Of a stretch of DNA of 64,000 nucleotides, positions 62,428 through 64,000 are shown piece by piece. Position numbers and translations under genes: made by a program. Source of the DNA: Mobula hypostoma. Lineage: Eukaryota. The stretch lies in the NCBI RefSeq assembly GCF_963921235.1, contig NC_086097.1:67892001-67956000 (forward strand). The letters run 5' to 3'. The notes below the pieces were generated by a model that ran no database searches, was not told the DNA's origin, and saw only the letters and a list, made by a program, of their open reading frames with translations. Position 1 is the stretch's first letter, and every line of letters starts with the position of its first letter.

Positions 62428-63790
62428 AATCAGGAAATTATAGGTCAGTGAGTCTGACATCAGTTGTGGGAAAGATATTGGAAGGTATTCTAAGGGACCA
62501 GAGATACAAGTATTTGGATAGACATGGACTGATAAAGGATAGTCAACATGGTTTTGTGCATGGTAGGTCATGTCTAACCAATCTTATAGAGTTTTTTGAG
62601 GAAGCTACCAGGAAAGTTGATGAAGGAAAGGTAGTGGATGTTGTCTACATGGACTTCAGCAAGGTTTGATAAGGTCCAGCATTGGAGGTTGGTCAAGAAG
62701 GTTCAGTTGACTTTGGTTTTGTGGGAGAATTCAGAGAGCGGTTGTAGATGGTTGCCTCTCTGACTGGAGATCTGTGACTGGTGGAGTGCCACAGGGATTG
62801 ATGCCAGGCTTGTTGTTGTTTGTCATCTATATCAATGATCTGGATGATAATGTGGTTAACTAGATTAGCAAATTTCACCAAGAAATGACACCAAGACTGG
62901 AAGTGTAGTGGACAGCAAAGAAGGCTATCGTGGCTTGCAAAGGAATCTGTACCAGCTGGAAAAATGGGCTGATAAATGGCAGATGGAATTTAATGCAGAC
63001 AACTGTGAGGTGTTGCATTTCGGTAGGACCAATAGCACCAATCAGTGTAGGTCTCGCACAGTGACTGGTAGGGCACTGAGGAGCGTGGTAGAATGAAGGG
63101 ATCTAGGAATAGAAGTCCATAATTCACTGAAAGTGGCATCACTGGTAGATAGGATTGTAAAGAAAGCTTTTGGCACATTGGCCTTCATAAATTAATGTAC
63201 TGGGTATAGGAGATCAGATGTTATGTTGAAGTAGTATAAGACATCAGCAAGGCCTAATTTGGAGTATTGTGTGCAGCTTTGGTCACCTACCTACAGGAAA
63301 GATGTAAATAAAATTGAAAGAGTACAGAGAAAACTTACAAAAATGCTGCTGGGTCTGGAGGACCCGAGGTATAAGGAAAGGTTGAATAAGTTAGGACTTT
63401 ATTTCTTAGAATGCAGAAGATTGAGAGGAGATTTGATAGAAGTACACAAAATTATGAAGAGTATAGATAAGGTAAATGCAAGCAGGCTTTTTCCATTGAA
63501 GTTGGGTGGGACTACAACAGGAGGTTATCAGTTAAGGGTAAAGGGTGAAAAGTTTAAGGGTGACCTGAGGGGAAACTTCTTCACTTAGAGGGTTGTGAGG
63601 GTGTGGAATGAGCTGCCAGCACATGTGGTGCATGCGAGCTCAATTTCAATGTTTAAGTGAAGTTTGGATAGGTTTCTGGAAGGCTATGGTCCTGGTGCAG
63701 ATCAATGGGAATAGATAGTTTAAATACTTTGAGCATGGACTAGATGGCCAAAAAAGGCTCTTTTCTGTACTGTATTTCTCTCTGTGACTC
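62428..63790 (+). mobile_element. 5'-truncated CR1 LINE
   Basis: GNYRSVSLTSVVGKILE, SQHGFVHGRSCLTNLIEFFE, VYMDFSK, WQMEFNADNC, LEYCVQLWSP, RRLRGDLIEV and a CR1 tail. Confidence 0.92.
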
Positions 63791-64000
63791 TCTCTCTCTA
63801 TATCTATGACAACTTATCTTTCAACAAGGATCTCTAGTTCTAGTTTCACCTGCAGGAGAAAATATCTACCCGTCATTGACCTTCTGAAGGCCCCTATAGA
63901 ACAATCTCGTGAAATTTGAGCAAGTCACTCTCATCTCTTCTAATGTACAGCAGATACAAATCTAATATTTCAACTGCCTTTAGATGAATACATGCACATA

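Overview
Eukaryotic, vertebrate-type genomic DNA that is AT-rich and dominated by transposable elements. The repeat mix (abundant CR1, HE1-like V-SINE with a CR1 tail, Rex1/Babar, Penelope-like elements) suggests a cartilaginous fish, probably a ray or skate; this is inference. No host gene could be identified with confidence, only one candidate exon at 29803-29968 (-). The main structure is an RTE LINE (~8085-17371) split by two antisense Gypsy LTR retrotransposons, each with matching LTRs and a 5-bp TSD. Both have unusual priming sites. The younger, full-length element (12319-16749) has no tRNA primer-binding site; the 16 nt next to its 5' LTR are instead perfectly complementary to its own LTR across the AATAAA signal, suggesting self-priming in a non-chromovirus, Mag-like element. 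The older element (8455-10705) carries a 34-44 nt tRNA-Leu copy, far longer than the normal 18-nt PBS, fused directly to RNase H-integrase with gag-PR-RT deleted. The window also holds several Penelope-like (GIY-YIG) elements with minimal hammerhead ribozymes and inverted arrangements, a near-perfect 105-bp fold-back, a twin-primed RTE, SINEs and MITEs. All alignments were made by eye, and boundaries of old repeats are approximate.
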